Assembly (NCBI GenBank): GCA_964658305.1
Contig: OZ210885.1
Location: 15,314,001-15,378,000 of the forward strand
Source of the DNA: Leptogorgia sarmentosa
Lineage: Eukaryota
DNA length: 64,000 bases
Direction: 5' to 3'
Each line of letters begins with the position of its first letter. The stretch's first letter is position 1. Shown here in pieces: positions 48,535-61,409 of this stretch. The notes beneath the pieces are model-generated. The model saw only the letters and a program-made list of their open reading frames with translations, searched no databases and was not told the DNA's origin. Position numbers and translations under genes: made by a program.

Positions 48535-48969
48535 ATGTATCTCTGACATAACAAAATTCTCAAATGGGTGACATTGTATCGATCAAAAGGTATGTGAGGG
48601 TACTATTTTTTTCCAGCTCTGGTGCTCTGCCTGCAAACAATTGATAATACACTGTAAACATTTAATAGATGATTATCATGTACAATTTATCTTCTGAATA
48701 ATAACTAACTATACACTTACATATACACTATTAAATATAAAAGCAAAAGGACAGCAATTTCTTTTACATTGTGGATTATTATAAAAATATGTAGGTGTAT
48801 AATTAGTTATTATTTAGAAGATAAATTGTACATGATAATCATCTATTAAATGTTTATATTATCAATTACGTTTGCAGGCAGAGCGCCAGAGCTGGAAATA
48901 GTACCGTCACATACCTTTTCATTGATGCAATGTCACCCATTTGAGAATTTTATTATGTCAAAGATACAT
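48535..48969. mobile_element. Foldback element with ~190-bp imperfect arms
   Basis: atgtatctctgacataacaaaattctcaaatgggtgaca... mirrors ...tgtcacccatttgagaattttattatgtcaaagatacat. Confidence 0.85.
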
Positions 48970-49320
48970 AGAATATTTGCTAGCAAATAGGATTTTTATG
49001 CATTCCGGTCTTGTGTCTCAATGGATAAAAATAGTGTTGGGCAAAGCCATTAAGAAAGTGTTAAGAATTACGATAAGAGTATTAAATCGAGGTGTAAAAA
49101 TGGAAAAGAATGGCATTAGAACACTTAGATGTTCTGCAAAGCCGGACAAGGAGGAGGAGCCTTGATAAGTGCACTGATATTATAAAGCAACATGCTTGGC
49201 AGATGAAGACAGCCGCTGAAGCCATCTATCCATTGCAGCCGACGTTCTTCCACACGCAATGCAACCATAGCTTCCCAACTGACTGCGACTGCTCAGACAC
49301 CACGTCCTGTCAACATACCA

Positions 49321-50324
49321 GTGGATCCACAACAACAGTCTGCTGTAATTCTACCACCTGACTTGATGGTATCCATCGCTTCCACCGTTGCAGCTGAGGT
49401 TAACAAGCACCTGGCTGCCAGACACCATCCAGAAGTTCCTCAGCTTTCTACATTGTTACCTGAAATCAGCATGACACAAGTGGTAAACGATGCAATAAGT
49501 GAGGCTCACTCTTGTATTACAGGTGAACCCCATTTATTGCCTAATTGTAACATAACTCAGCCCGTCGTTTCCCAACCAAGTTTTTCTTTCTTCCACTCTG
49601 CCGATTGATTCTCACCTCTCGGCCAAAATCAAAGGAAAAATTTTGGAACGAGGAGTACTCGATTTCGGTGTTTTACTGAGCAATCCTCTTACTGACAAAT
49701 ATCAGCTTTCCTTACAAAACTCCGGTGCCAGGGTTCCGGCTTCCCTTTGTCTTGAAAGCCTAAAAGAATTCTCAACATCGACACATGGCAACAGGCATTT
49801 TATATCTTTGTTGGAGTTTACACCCAAAAATACCTGCATGAGGCCCCCGCACTCATGAAATACGGGCAAACTATTCGTGATTTGGCTGTCTGCGGTCAGA
49901 ATTGGATTTTCTATGATGAAAACTTCCGCTGTCATGGGGGGCAATTCACAGGGAATTGTGGCTTCGTGCCCAATCGGCCCCAAAGGCAGCGCCACCCAGT
50001 CCAAACCAGGGTAATTCAAGAACAGGGCTTGCTTCAATTCCCTCAGGTTTTTGTTTTAAATTCTATCGTGGACAGTTTTGCTTGGGTAATTGTGGTTTTC
50101 ACCATACGTGTTTCAAATGCAAGGGTGCTCACCGTCACACTCAGTGTAATTTTTGCCCCCTACTCATAAAAATCTCAAATTTGACCGCCCAGCCAAACCC
50201 ACTGCCCACGCCAGTAAAACTCCCACCTCTCGTTAAATTTCTTTTGGGTTACGACCCCGATGCTGTTCGAATTTTAACTTCCGGATTTTTGCATGGTTTT
50301 CCTATTCATTTTGATAAAACCTGA
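49321..50324 (+). pseudogene. Ngaro-like YR-retrotransposon gag remnant plus start of pol
   Basis: Across frames: KIKGKI...DFGVLL, NIDTWQQAF.IFVGVY, LMKYGQTIRDLA...WIFYDENFR, CFKF...C...CGFHHTCFKCKGAH, LPTPVK...GFLHGF. Confidence 0.7.
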
Positions 50325-50379
50325 TCGTCTTTAACGGCGAATAACTTGCTTTTTGCGTTGCAAAACCCACAAGCTGTCG

Positions 50380-51410
50380 GCATGTATAAAGATGTATCAT
50401 CGAATCCTTATTCCCCTTCAAGACCAACATGTACACTGATTCCTGTGGAGGGATTTGGAGATTCATAAAGCACCAGACACTTACATTATGAACGTCCTCA
50501 CGTTTGGAGATATACCGGCACCAGCAACGGCTCAAGTTGCGTTGTGAAAAACTGCAGAAAAGGGGAACATGAGAATCTGCGAGCAGCGCAAGTTATAAGG
50601 GAAAATTCCTGAAGGATGACATCCTAGATTCAGTTACAACAAATGAAGAAGCAACTGATTTGACACAAGCAATTGAGGGCACCCTTGAGAAAGGGCGATT
50701 TCAAGTAAAGGGATGGCAGTCAAACGGCCATTTGCACCAGACAAGAAAAGAGAAAGGAGATTGACGTGCCGCAAGGAAAACCAGATGCAAAGGTACTCGG
50801 CCTAGTTTGGAATACTAAAGATGATCTGTTGAAATACAAAGTCGAAGTGGAAATGTGTGAAACCCAGCAGCCAAAGTCCACCAAGAGAAAAATCCTCAGC
50901 CAGGTCGCCAGAATCTATGACCCCATAGACCTCGCAGCACCTTATCTGGTAAGTGCAAAGATCAGTTTGCAAGACGTATGGCAGAAACGATTTGACTGGG
51001 ATGATGAACTGTCCCCAAGTGAACAAACAAAATGGTCAGCATATTTTAAGGAAATGGAGCAGTTAAGCCAAACGTCGGTTGAAAGATGTCTATACCCAGA
51101 AATTGCTACTGATTGTTCGGCGATGGAGTTTATTCAGACGCTGCGAAGATTCTTTTCGATACATTAACATCCAGCCGAAATCCTGAGCAACAATGGTACC
51201 CAGTTTGTTGCATTAACTGAACTGCGTCAGATGACCCAAAGAGCACACAAGAGGGTTCTAAAGGACTACTGTGCTGAACGAGGAGTTCAGTGGAAGTTCA
51301 ACACCCAGCAGCGCCCCTTCAGAACGGATGCGTGGAGGGACGTGAAAAGCTGCAAACTGGCCCTGAAGAAAGCAGTTGGTGAGCATGTACTAACCCCTTT
51401 GGTCTTTGAG
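50380..51410 (+). pseudogene. Decayed BEL/Pao pol fragment (second family)
   Basis: DDILDSV, KVLGLVWN..DDLL, TKRKILSQVARIYDP, FIQTLRRFF, SNNGTQFV, with large deletions. Confidence 0.8.
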
Positions 51411-51690
51411 CTGTTCAATCATGCTTTGAAGCATTGCAGGAGCTTTTCCAAAATCAACATCAACGTGTTGTAAATATCGATTTAGCTGCGAATACTTCCT
51501 GGAATAGGAATGCGATCTGTTATAACACCCACTAATGTTTGCAGCACCCTCATACGTTTGGGCCACTAACTTATCAAACGACACACACCAAGGGTCTTGA
51601 AAATCAGGTTGTACAGCTCCATTGCTGTTGTGCCAGCAATGGTGTATTTTCCAACCTACTAGCGATGTAGAAAATCTAACATCCATTCAA
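51411..51690 (-). pseudogene. hAT (Tip100/ZMYM1-like) transposase fragment
   Basis: KLVAQTYEGAANISGCYN resembles the family motif AQxYDGAxNMSGxxN. Confidence 0.55.
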
Positions 51691-52689
51691 ATTTGCGATT
51701 TCAAATTATTCTTCGACGTCTAAAATTTGTACCACATTGAAAATGGTCAAATAGCTGGTAACATACAGATTTTAGCTTTGGTAAGTGGTGGATGAACAGA
51801 CTGTAAAATTGTGTTATTTTTGTTTTTGAATATTACTATAATAGATATCAAAATTGATGTAAATTTACTTTTACTTTTATTACACAGTGTGATTCTGAAC
51901 GCTGATGTCTTACAATTAGAGTGAAAATAAACTCTGTTTGCATAGATGTTTTTGAATTTGGGATTGGCTTCTTAATGTACAATTTAGTCACACAATATAC
52001 ACTATTTATACCATTGCTGTTCTGTAGTCTGTAAGAATGGGTTGTCACTTATTTCTATCTACTAAACTGACATGTCATTTTATCCTCTAATCAAACCCCT
52101 AAACCTACCCCTTACATCAACCCAACCTTAACCACAATCGATTCAATGTTAATAACCATAACCTAATAAAAATTGAAAAAAATCAATTCTGAAAATGATG
52201 TGAAAGCATGGGAATCGCACAACAAATGGATAATGGCCCATGCTTGTACATATTCAGTTGTACAATTCTGGATACTTCTCTGGGGTGCTTTGAAGAAAAA
52301 TACACAAATTGAATGACAATGTTCACACTTTCAAAAAAATGCAAACAGTGCAACATACAAATACAATAACATCATAAATATACATGTGACTTTGACTGAA
52401 ACAAACTTCATGCAAAAACTTCTGAAGGTGGGGAGCTTCTATTTCGAAAGAAATCTACTGGCGTAGAGTGAAATTACATATATTTATTGCCAAGAAATGC
52501 TTGGCCAATTCGCAGGCTTAATACCCAGACAATGTAAGGCATTCGGGTTTAACTGCACATGTGTGCCCGTTGCCATAGAAATACATACAAAATTACAAAT
52601 ACAATTTCAAAAATCAAAATTTCAAATTTTTCAGAATTTCTCAGTGTGTTTAAATGTGGGTTTTTTCGTTAAACTTGTGAGTCGTGATG

Positions 52690-53947
52690 TAAGATCAATT
52701 TGAACTTTTTGAGACACTTAAAGAAGACCTCGGAAAACATGATATTGAAATAACCAATTTGGTCGGATTTGCTGCGGACACAAGCAACATGATTTTTGGT
52801 GCAAATAACAGTGTTGCCAGTCGCATAATTGCAGCCAATCCACATTGTCTTACCATTAAATGTGCATGCCACTCATATGCTCTCATGGCAGTCACTCATA
52901 CCTGTTCCACGTTGCCCAAAAATATAGAGCAGGTTGTCAAAGAATGCCATAATTATTTCGCATTTTCAAGCAAGCGAAGCAATGAATTCCAGAATCAAAA
53001 TTTCAAATTTCACAGAATCAAAGCAATATCGTATGCTACAATTCTATGACATTAGATGGCTTTCCTTTGGTTCATGCGTTGAACATATTGTGTTGCAGTG
53101 GGATGCTCTAAAGCTATATTTTACTTCTCAGTATCTAATTGATCGCCTGCAGGCTTCACACTTCCTATTTGAGCAGTAATCAAATCTCATCATTAAGTTC
53201 TATTTAGCTTTCCTGAGCTATATAATTCGTTTTGTTAACAAGCTGAACGTAATTTTCCAGTGCAAGTCGCCATCTATTCATAACTTATACTCGAATTGCA
53301 TATCACCATACAGAGCTATCGTAACTTGCTTTGTAAAGCCAGTCCTGCTGAAGGGTAACATAGCATTGATTGACCCTTCGAATCCTGCAAATCACTTACA
53401 ATTGACGCAACTCTACATGGGAGAAACAGCATATTATTGGCTTCTCAAAGCTTCAAGCAAGTGGCCAAAGAGAAGAAGACAGCTGTCAGAGATCTAAGCA
53501 GTTTTTGATTGAGCTTTGTTGCCAACTCAAGAAAAGATTGCCTCACGATAATCTTGTTATTCAAGATTTAAAGTTCATGAATCCATAGACAGCCATGACT
53601 GGAACAATTGCAAGCATTGCTGGCGTGGCTGCCAGATTTCCTAACGTTGTTCTGGAGTCTCAGTTGCAGAGCCTGGACCAGGAGCGCAGACAACTGATCT
53701 TCGACGAATAAATATCTGATCTAGATGATAGTTGTGCAACATCTCCTGCAGAAGAATTCTGGGGAAGTGTCAGTTAACGAGAAGTACAAGATCTTGGGTA
53801 CTTCGGTCGAGGCAATCCTATGCCTGCCTGTGAGTAATGCCGATTGCGAACGTGTGTTTTCTCAAGTAAATTTGATTTAAGACTGAACACAGAAACCGGT
53901 TTTCCACAGAAGGCGTCGCATCGGTCAGTTTTGTGAAAGAGAGGGAA
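52690..53947 (+). pseudogene. hAT transposase remnant (3' two-thirds)
   Basis: VGFAADTSNMIFG, CACHSYAL, IRWLS, QWDALKLYF, LPVSNADCERVFSQ (C-terminal dimerisation motif); many stops and frameshifts. Confidence 0.85.
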
Positions 53948-53951
53948 TTAA

Positions 53952-56620
53952 AGGCACAGTAGTGCCTGTTAAGCGATGTATTTTAGTGAGATTTTACACG
54001 GGCGCACACTAGCAAAATGGTGGAAAGCATGGAGTTAGCGGCTGAAGTATCTGCTGAGGATTTCGGTTCTATTTTGGACGATAGTCACATAATTTCAAAG
54101 GGGAACTCCACTCCAATAACAAATTAGGTTTAAATGGAAGATAATACCTTAAATATATTGTTCCTGAAGTTTCTCGGCCCAAATCATTATAGTACAGTAG
54201 TAATCGTTCGGCAAAGTTCGCGATTTTTTCATATTTTGACGCCATGTTGTTCTTTCTCGTGCAGGCGCAAATTTGGTCAGCGTCATAATTTTTGACGTCA
54301 TTGAGTGCTTCGCGATAGCGCGGGAAATTTAAATACATACTGCGCCCCGTAGATCATTTTTCAAAACAAAGTTTCAAAGTTTCCTTTAAGCAAAATGCCA
54401 CATTGCGCCGTACCTTCATGTACAAATGGTAGTCGAAAGACCCAAGGGACAGATATTAGCTACCACAGATTACCAAATGGGCCGCTCAAAAGTGTTTGGC
54501 TGCGAAATATACGCCGCGAGAATCCTCGTCAGCGCTCGAATACATTTGTGTGCAGTGCACATTTTACGCCAGATAGTTTCGAGCCATCAGTGGAATTAAT
54601 TCCTGGCTTGAAGAAGCCAAAAAAGCTAAAACCATCAGCAGTGCCAACTTTATTTGCCTTTCCAAGTAAGCTCAACGAAGTCAAAACAAGACCATCCAGT
54701 GAAAGACAAATAAGAAATCGAGCAAGGCAGGTTTGTACTCATTCAATTTGTTATTTTAAAATGATGCTGCTTGACATTTTGCATTGATAATGCAATATTT
54801 ATAACATTAAATACAATATTTTAAGCATTGGTTGCTTGACATGACCTACAAGTTGCATGAAATAGTTAAAGTACAGTCAACTCAGCTGTATTATGCAAAG
54901 AACACTTAACAAAGACGAAAATATGTTACAGGTTGCAAATTTGGAAGAAGACGAGGATGTGGATGATCCCCACATGGGTGAAGTTGGTGAAGCCACAAGT
55001 GCTGACTTAATAGCAATGGAAGCTACCTGCAGTTCAATTTCTAGTGAACCTATGCATCTAGATAAAGAGGTCCAGGTCCAGCCACAAATTAAGATGTTTA
55101 TATCTGTTGGAACCCAAACTGAAAAACGGCCCAATAAACTCAGCAACACAAAAATCCATCCTCATGATATTAACGAACTATGCCATTTAGAAGACCATAA
55201 TTACTCCTTGGGGCCATGTCAAAATCCTTCATTGGACAAAAATAGAGAAATGATGGAATCATGTCATTGTGCAGAATCATCTATACAGGTCTTTGATGAA
55301 CAAATGCCACTTGCTGTACATGATGATGTCCAAAATGAGATTGTTGTAGAATCGACAAATCACAGTTCTTCACATGATCCAGATCACAGTTCTTCACCTG
55401 ATCCAGATCTTGGTTGTCTGAGTGACGATGATAGTGATGATCCTTCATATTGTCCTCCAGTGTCTGATGACTCTGAAACAGATGAACATTTAGTTAGTAC
55501 TACACATGCCGAAGAAAAGAAGTTTATAGTGTTTGAAAGCCAGCTGAGTAAACTATTTACAAGATGTCAAAATTGCAGTGGGATTCTGGATAGAACGACT
55601 CAAACAATTGTGGGCAGTATGGTGAGAATCACTACTGACTGCATTAATGGGCACCAAGTATCTTGGGAATCTCAACCACAGATTGGTAGAACTGCAGCAG
55701 GAAACCTGTTAATACCAGCTGCTGTGCTGTTTAGTGGCAACACATACCAACACATTGCAGACTTCGCAAAGCACCTAAATCTGGAATTTGTTAGTTCTGC
55801 CCATTATTACAGTGTCCAGAAGACTACCTTGTTTCCTGTGGTGCAACACACTTGGGTAAATGCTCAGAAAGCAGTGGTTAAGCAGCTGAAACAAAGTCGC
55901 AGTGTTGATTTATGTGGTGATGGACGGTGTGATAGTCCTGGTCATTCAGCCAAGTATGGCACATACACTCTAATGGATGAAAAAACCAAACTGATGGTTG
56001 ATTTTAACATTGTCCAAGTGACAGAGGTTACATCATCTAATGCCATGGAATATGAAGGCTGTAAGAGAACACTTAATGCAACAATCAAGAAAAAGGTTCC
56101 CATTCGTTGTCTAACAACAGATCGCCACACCACCATCACAGCAAAGATGAGAACCAACTACGCCAAGATCGTCCACCAGTATGATGTTTGGCATCTCAGC
56201 AAGTGGGTCACCAAGAAATTGACAAAGAAGGCAAAAAAGAAGAGCTGTCAAGAGTTGCTGCAATGGATCCAGAGTGTGTCAAATCACTTCTGGTGGTGTT
56301 CTGCAACATGTGAGGGGAATGCTGATACACTGAAGGAGAAGTGGTTGTCCTTGCTGTTTCATATCACTGGGAAGCATCGATGGAAAGCATCCAAGGAGTT
56401 CAAGAAGATCAACCAATGTGCACATCCTCGACTCGCCACAAAACAACAAAAGTCTACTCTTTGGCTTGAAAATGGTTCCCCAGCACATGTTACTTTAGAA
56501 GAAGTCATGACCAACAAGAAGTTCCTCAATGATTTGGCAAGGTTGACAGAGTTCCATCACACTGGTGAGTTAGAGTCCTATCATTCCCTTATGACAAAAT
56601 ATGTGCCAAAACGTCAACAT
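53952..56620 (+). mobile_element. Kolobok-type transposon, left end present, 3'-truncated
   Basis: Begins TTAA|AGGCACAG where hAT similarity ends and encodes a THAP-DDE protein; no matching right TIR seen. Confidence 0.7.
54395..56620 (+). CDS. THAP-domain Kolobok-type transposase; exons 54395-54730 and 54932-~56620; C-terminus lost
   Basis: THAP MPHCAVPSC...VCSAHF...AVPTLF; phase-0 intron 54731-54931; GDGRCDSPGHSAKYGTY, TTDRH, QYDVWH, HTGELESYHS; uninterrupted until YVPKRQH. Confidence 0.85.
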
Positions 56621-56858
56621 TACGTCCTCCGTTACGATGTGCTGCTGCCCACTTGCATTCAATGCTGTCTAACATAGTTGTAAGTTATAGTAGGGGCCTG
56701 TACTGAATAGTTGGGGCCTGATGAAACATAACTACGAGTTTTCAACGAAAAACCAAGGGCAGGGCCCGGTGATAATTGGCAATCACTACGGCCCAGGCAT
56801 TCACACAAAACATTACTATAAACCCGGGTTTTGCCAGTACTACACGCAATACAATTCG

Positions 56859-56917
56859 TTTTAATATAATTCCTTTTAATATAATTCCTTTTAATATAAT
56901 TCCTTTTAATATAATTC
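56859..56917. repeat. 15-bp tandem repeat, about 4 copies (ttttaatataattcc)
   Basis: Directly visible; explains the KRNYI and NIIPF repeats in spurious ORFs. Confidence 0.95.
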
Positions 56918-57290
56918 ACTTTACTACAACCTTCCATCCTACCATAACATTCAACCCCATCCACCATCAAACTCCATGGTGTCACCCATCAATCCACAAC
57001 CTCAATGAGGACACAGCTATTTGAACCACAGTCCAGGATCCGAATACCTGCATAAAAAACACTGTATTATTTAACAACCACCACAAAACGAAAAAAAGAC
57101 GAATGTAATATCTTACAGTACTTTCATCTTCAGGGGGTTATTGTAGATAGTTTTTTCATGTTTTAAACTTGTAGTCATAAGTCATTACGTTTGCGTCCTG
57201 TTTATACTAATAAAACTATACAATTTTATATATCGTCTATAATTTTCTGTATATGTATATTATTCAATACGTTTTACGCTTGTATCTTAC

Positions 57291-57715
57291 CAGACGCATA
57301 GGTTTTCAGAGGCCTAACAAGATACGTTTCTACATATTCGTCCATATCGATGTTATGACCCTGTTTTCCATTAAGGTTGACTGACACGTTCCTCTTCATC
57401 ATTTCTCTAAATGCCAATGGCCATAGGGAGGTAAAATTTACAACGTGTACAAATGCTTCTGTCCAGTAGTTTCTAAAATTCAGCTGTGCGAAAATTGGCA
57501 GCAACAGAATCCAAACCGTTTCCCGGAGAAGTCCATCTCCTTCTCTACTTGCAGTTATGTACATGTCTAATAGCGGGCACCAAACATTGAAAACATTTGT
57601 TGGTGATATTGGTGAGAATCATCACAATCACCACAAACCTTTAACCACTTCTTGAATTGGCTCAGCAAAACAGCATTATGATTTCCATACTTTCGCAGAG
57701 CTGCAGTCAATTCCC
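57291..57715 (-). pseudogene. Fragment of a second, diverged Academ-type transposase
   Basis: LRKYGNH...FKKWLK...AQLNFRNY..EAF.HVVNF...W...VNLNGKQGHNIDMDEYVE..V.PLKTY.SG aligns with the translation of 61780-62190; ends at donor G|GTAAG. Confidence 0.8.
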
Positions 57716-57884
57716 TACCTCCTCCGCAGGCGTTTACGTTTGGTGTTTAGTTCCAGTCCCTTGTAGGAGGGGCGCACGCGAAATATGATAAGCTTAGCCG
57801 AAGAAGTTTCCGGGCGCACGTTTGCGGGTGGAGGGAAATTGCGGGAAAGCGGGAAGGAAACGCCTGCCGACTAATCCATCCAAG

Positions 57885-60830
57885 ATGGCGGAACGTTCCC
57901 TTGAGAAAAGTTACACGCGTTTGGAAAAGCAGTTTATCGAAGAATCCTACGTAGGTAGGGTCTTTCAACGAGGGAAAGAAGACGGGAAAGTCATTTGTCA
58001 TGATATATATAAATGACGGCAGTATTAACTTCTTTACCGCGAGTGGAGTGGATTACCATTACCGTCGAGCTCACAAGAGGCTTTCTTTTAAATCTGAAAA
58101 TTCAACCAAGCTGTTTAACGAATTGTATTTCAAAGAGAGTGTCCACTTCGTTAATGAGTTGTCGAAATTCAGGTGTACCAACAATTCTTCCCTGGATTTA
58201 TTTGAAGAGTATCTGGTAAACTGTGAACATTTGCAGACAACCATATTTGCCAGGAGTAAGAAAGAGAGTGCTAAACTCGCTGGATTAGTGCTCTCACATG
58301 GGAACTTTGTCAACACACTCTCCTCAAATGGATACCTGGTATCAGTAGCGAAGAATGAGAGTATGTTTGATTTTGATGAGAAGTTTCTCGTTTGGAAATC
58401 ATCCGCAAAAATATATGTTGAAGCTGTTGAAATGAGAGAGGTAATTATAAATGAGTTGCACTCAAATTAAACTTGTATATATTATATACCACAATTTCAT
58501 CATTTATTTTCATCGTTTCTGTACTTTTTCCATTCAATCTGTTTTTAACCAATTCAGTTTGTTTACTACATGTAGATGCCAGTTCATGGATTCAGTGAAG
58601 ATCCCCTGCAAGGGATAAGTTCCCATATGAACAAGGGTAGTGATGTTAATCTATCAGGTAATAATCACAATTTAATATTATTAAAATAGCACTGTCACTG
58701 AAAACTTATATTTTAAAAATTCAGGAGTATTTCTCAAGGTAAGGTAAATATCATAATTATAAGTGTTGTACCAGTATTGCAGAGACTTGTTTGTGAACTT
58801 CTGTAATGAAAACTTTGTGACACCATGACAACTGCTTTCAAATATAATCTACCCCTAAATAAGTGGTGTCACAAATCATTGAATTTGCATATTTGTGAAA
58901 CTGAATATCACATGAAAGGACAAGGTACCAATAAATTGAAAATGATGTAATGGTTTATCTTGAAAGGATGTTTTATTCGAAAAATTTTTCCATAACAGTG
59001 GCACATTAATTGCTTTACCAGACAGATTCAGTGGAGTTCCCCCTTGTTAATAAACTTGTCTGGTGTTAGACAGAGTAAAATTGACTTGTGCTACTGTAGA
59101 TGGAGTAAAATATAATAAGTTGCCATATTGTAACACTACCGGTGAATGTGAAACCTGTGTTTGACTTGTTGTGTATTCATATACATGACATGTTTAAAAA
59201 TGTTTCATATATCTACCAGGTTACCAAACTCCAGAAGAAGTTCTCCAGAAGGTGTTTGGGTTCTCATCATTCAGACCTGGACAGACCGAGGCAATAGATG
59301 CCATACTGAATCACAAAGATGCTGTGGTTGTTATTCCTACTGGTGGTGGAAAAACTGTTACATACACCATACCAACACTACTCATGCCTGGCATAACAGT
59401 GGTGATCTCTCCCCTGTTGATGCTAATGCATGACCAGTTGCTAAAGCTGAGAGAGAAAGGCATCAGCACATGCTATATTAACTCTATACTCACAAGAGAG
59501 AGTCGTGAAGCAGTTGTGGCTAACTTGTCTAGACCTGACAGTGAGTATAAAATACTACTGACAAGTCCTGAAGTAGTGCTGAGCTCAACAATGCAGACGT
59601 TATTACAAAAGCTTAAATCAGAAGGCCGACTGAACTTTTTTGCTGTTGATGACTGTTGATGAAGCTCATTGTATTGACACTTGGGGGATGGACCTTCGTC
59701 CACAATATCAAGAGCTTGGAGGTCTCAAGAAATATGGGGTTCCCATTATGGCACTGACAGGAACTGCTACTCCAATTACAATTAAACAGATCATGGAAAC
59801 ACTTCATCTTTGAAGCCCTGAGTTGATTAAGTTGCCATTTTTTAGAGAGAATTTGATTTTTGAAGTTCTACCCAAAAAGCCTGGTTTTTCAGCTGCAATG
59901 AAACAAGTGGTGGAAATAATCAGTACAAGATTTAGTGGCCAATGTGGAATTGTTTATTGCAGCCACAGAGAACACACTTTACAGCTAGCCCTGGAATTGA
60001 AAATGAGTGATATTTCTGCCATTTATTTTCATGGTGGTATTGCTGATCCACATATGAAATTGAAACATGCAAATTTGTGGCTTGAGGGGAATGTGGATGT
60101 TACGTGCGCAACAAATTCTTTCGGGATGGGTATTGACAAACATGATGTACGTTTCATTATCCACCTCACGTTTCCATCCAGCTATGAAACATACTTTCAA
60201 GAGTCAGGAAGAACTGGCAGAGATGGCTTAGATGCACACTGCATTATCTTGCACAGATTTGAGGACAGAAAATTTCATTTGCACAACACTACATCTGCAA
60301 CCTCATCTGATGCAAAATCCAAACGCCTTTCATCTTTAAACAATTTCTCACAATATTTGGTGGACAAGGTCCAATGTTATCAGCAAATGGTTGCTGAGTA
60401 TTTTGGCAGCTCCTTGGAAGAGAAATGTGGACGATGTGGAAACTGTGTCAACTCTGTTATACCAGTAGTACAGAATCGGACATTACATGCAAAGCAGCTT
60501 GTTACTTGTTTGCAGCAAATGCAGCTACTCAAGAACAAAGTCAGTGTTGATGAATTGGCATCAACATACATCGGTTCAAAAGCAGCCATAGTCAAAAAAC
60601 AAAAATTTGATCAAGTGGCAGAATATAGCAAGGGTAAAGGTCATTTTAGGTCAATAAGTCACCTTACTGGTTTTATTAACCACCTTATTGTAAATGATGT
60701 ATTTATAGAGAACTTACAAGATGAATATGATAGAGTGAAATCTGCATATTTATCCTTAGGGAGCATTAGAGACATTTTAAATATGAGCCTTGAAATAACA
60801 TACTATTTTTTTTGTAATAATATATTATAA
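57885..60830 (+). pseudogene. RecQ-family (SF2) helicase with unknown N-terminal domain, multi-exon and disrupted; probable AcademH helicase
   Basis: FRPGQ, PTGGGKT, VISPL, DEAHC (frameshifted), ALTGTAT, GIVYC, ATNSFGMGIDK.DVRF, QESGRTGRDG, RQC-type C...YFG...CGRCGNC. ATG at 57885, donor at 58441, helicase exon from 59220. Confidence 0.88.
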
Positions 60831-61086
60831 AATGGTTAATAAACCTTACCATTATTCACAAACCTTACCATTATTCACTTTCCACCAAATGACCTTGTTT
60901 TCATGTTGGATATTTGCTCATATTTCCACTACAATGTAAACTTTGATTGAGCTTTACAGTAGCTCAACATTAACAAGCTCATACAGAAAAGGTGAGAACA
61001 TAAACACTTTACAGTACATGTACTTGCTGATCTTATAAAAGCAAACAGGCAAACAAGGCCATTGAGTCAATAAAATTAATCAGTAA

Positions 61087-61235
61087 AGGCCTGATTCCAC
61101 TGAGAAAAATTTTCGTGCGAAATATATTTCTTTTGTCCAAATTCAAAATATTTCGTGTAGTTCCATTTCACTCATTTCGTAGGACAAAAGAAAAGCTCAG
61201 TTTGAGTGAAACATTTTCTCAGTGGAATCCGGCAT
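61087..61235. mobile_element. 149-bp Harbinger-type MITE
   Basis: TAA|AGGCCTGATTCCACTGAGAAAA ... TTTTCTCAGTGGAATCCGGCAT|TAA. Confidence 0.8.
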
Positions 61236-61409
61236 TAAGGTCTATATTCTACAGTATCTATACACGGTCTAAGGTCTTGTACAGATAGCAAATTTGTTTC
61301 CTATGAAATTACATTTAGAAGAACTAGACAAAGCTAGTGTACCTAAGATATTCATCATTGTCAAACTTGCGTGCCAGAACAACTCTATACTGAATAATTT
61401 GAAAGTCAG

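Noticed and set aside
57885..60830. Host RecQ gene (BLM/WRN/RECQL) assignment
   Set aside because: It has multiple disruptions, an intron-free helicase core, no recognisable HRDC or exonuclease domain, and is linked to an Academ-type transposase, so no gene symbol is given.
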